Below, one piece after another: positions 62,150 to 64,000 of a DNA stretch of 64,000 nt. A program made the position numbers and the translations under genes. Every line of letters begins with the position of its first letter. Positions within the stretch are counted from its first letter, which is position 1. Origin of the DNA: Isurus oxyrinchus (taxonomy: Eukaryota); contig JANJGN010000017.1 of assembly GCA_026770705.1 (NCBI GenBank), positions 57,598,001 through 57,662,000 on the forward strand, given 5' to 3'. A model generated the notes under the pieces. The model had not been told where the DNA came from. It did no database searches and saw nothing but the letters and a program-made list of their open reading frames with translations.

Positions 62150-63800
62150 CGGCAGGCAGGAGGGCAGGTCGGCAGGGTAGTCGACCCCGTTTTTCCGACG
62201 AGGGTCTTGCTGCCCTCCTGGAGAAGATGGCAGCACGCTGGGATATACTTGTCCCCAGGAACGGGAGGAGGAGGCCCCCCACCTCAACAAAAATGCCTGG
62301 GAGGAGGTGGCATCCAGGGTCAGCTCCCACAATGTGGTGAGGCACACATGGGTGCAATGTCGTAAGCAGTTCAATGACCAGGAAGAGTGAGTACCGTGTT
62401 GGCATGGGTAACTTAGCACAGCAGTTAGGAGCACCCCTTCCCTCTGGCCTGACCTCAGCATTCTTAGAGTGTGACTGAGTGACAAATGTCAATGAGGCAG
62501 CATCTGGACAAGGGGTTGAGCCCTAGCTGCTTGGAATGAGTGTCTTGCGGCTCCAGGGTCACAAATCGGCTGAGCCCTGCAAGATGTTCCTCAGGTGGGG
62601 TTGGCTAAGCTGTAGTGGCAATGCAGGCACAGGGTGGATCAATCAATGCTCCATTCTCCTTTCCGGAGAAGACAGCCCACAATAATGCTGAAAGGTTGCA
62701 GACTGGCAGAGGACCGCCCCACCTTTTAATCTTGTCCAGATACGAACAGGAGGCACTGGAGCTCATGCGCCTAGGTCAACCGGCCATGATGAGGTTGGGT
62801 TGCCTCAGGGAGGCAAGAGTGCAGTGCAGTGAGGTCAGACTGTCTGTAAGAGCAACCATTCCACTGCTGTTTCTATATTGGTGTGAGTCTCAAACACGGA
62901 ATTCCCCTTGATAATGGAAAGGCGAGGGCACTCTGATCCGAGTGCCAGGCATGCACAGTAACAGTGTAACAACTTCAACTAATAACATGTCCTTGTTCTT
63001 CCTTTCAGGCTCAGCAGATGTCCATCGGGGTTAGGACCTGAAGGCCTGCCCCTCACACCAGAGGTCACAGACGAGAGAAACACACCAGCGTCATAGCCTC
63101 TCAGCCAGGCAGGCATCAGTGCAGATACTAGCACCTCAGTGGGATTAGATCGGCGGATAGTATCCCGTGGCACAGCGATGAAGGCATTCCACACTCACTT
63201 GAGATGCAGGCAGAGGCAGAGAATGCCCAGGGCCCCGGCAGGCGGAGGAATGCTGGGGACCAGGAACTTGCTCAGTCGGTGGCTGATGATGTGCCTCTGG
63301 AGTCATCCCTAAGGCAGCAGATGTTGGAAGTCCAGCAGGGTGTGCGGGAGGATCTGGCAGAGATACATAAGGGAAGATGTGCCACGATCTCCATGATGAA
63401 CAATACAATGACCCTCATGGCCGAGCGCACTGCCTCATCCATGGAGAAAGTGGCAACTCTCATGAAGAGGCTTCTCCAGGAGATCAATCAGGGATTCTTG
63501 GGGATGCACTCCGACCTGCAAGCCCTCACACCAGCAATGACCTCAGGTGGTCAGTGTCAGTGTGGGAGATGGATTGGGCATTCAGTATCCCAGCTAGGTG
63601 CCCATCCATCAATGGTGAGCAGGGAGGTCCAAAGCGAATTCACATTGGTGCATGAGCTGCTTGTTGTCTCCGCGGGCTCCTCTCAGGGCACTCTGGATGA
63701 TGGCAGCAGCTCCTCAGCCCCTCTACCAGTGACTGTGGCATCTGATGAGGCTGTGGCAACTGGGGAGATGCCAGCCATGGCACTGGCCGCTTCCTCCCAG
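62150..63800 (+). pseudogene. Harbinger Myb/SANT-like gene, spliced
   Basis: RPRFSDEGLAALLE ... AWEEVASRVSS ... TWVQCRKQFND then gtgagt; exon 2 EKTAHNNAERLQTG; exon 3 includes ORF 63204-63896. Confidence 0.85.
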
Positions 63801-64000
63801 GCAGCTGCGTCAGCATCTTCTTCCTCCACTGCGTCCCCCCTTTCCAGAGCAAGATTGTGGAGAGCGCAGCATGCAGCTACTATCAGTGACACATGATCTG
63901 GGGGAATGTATTGCAGTGTGCCCCCTGAATGGTCCAAGCATCGGAAGTGGATCTTGAGAAGACTGATGGTTCTGTATACCACAGCCCTTGTGGAGGCATA
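63800..64000 (-). pseudogene. Harbinger transposase C-terminal fragment
   Basis: TISLLKIHFRCLDHSGGTLQY ... VSLIVAACCALHNLALERG. Confidence 0.88.

Larger units (their letters stand above)
61862..64000 (+). mobile_element. PIF/Harbinger transposon of a different subfamily, runs off the window
   Basis: ggccatgatttt start; Myb gene on +, transposase C-terminus on -. Confidence 0.8.

Overview
Eukaryotic (vertebrate) genomic DNA made almost entirely of nested transposable elements; no host exon, rRNA, intact tRNA gene or CRISPR array can be supported. The repeat spectrum (CR1 LINE tails, a Deu-type SINE, Neptune-like Penelope elements, GGGC..AATTTT-ended Harbinger families) points to a cartilaginous fish (inference from recalled repeat families, not a database search). 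Main contents: (i) five PIF/Harbinger transposon copies, two full length with 3-bp TSDs (17852-25519, 52049-56820), carrying decayed, convergent, intron-containing DDE-transposase and Myb/SANT genes, plus about 14 related MITEs; (ii) three Ty3/Gypsy remnants, including a complete but dead two-LTR provirus (48694-60141, minus) with the Gmr1-type order gag-PR-IN-RT-RH and a tRNA-Pro PBS, plus a related solo LTR; (iii) two palindromic Penelope-like insertions (7122-8371, 25665-28122) with GIY-YIG coding fragments and five minimal hammerhead-ribozyme-like motifs that all deviate at core position A6; (iv) LINE fragments and tRNA-headed SINEs. Nearly all short ORFs in the supplied track are spurious or pieces of these decayed TE genes. 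The best leads are the variant hammerheads, a MITE built from a string of internal palindromes, a small SINE whose tail folds into a three-way junction, and the Gmr1-type provirus. I do not see evidence for a wholly new multi-gene system. Boundaries were read by eye; those without a TSD/TIR are approximate.
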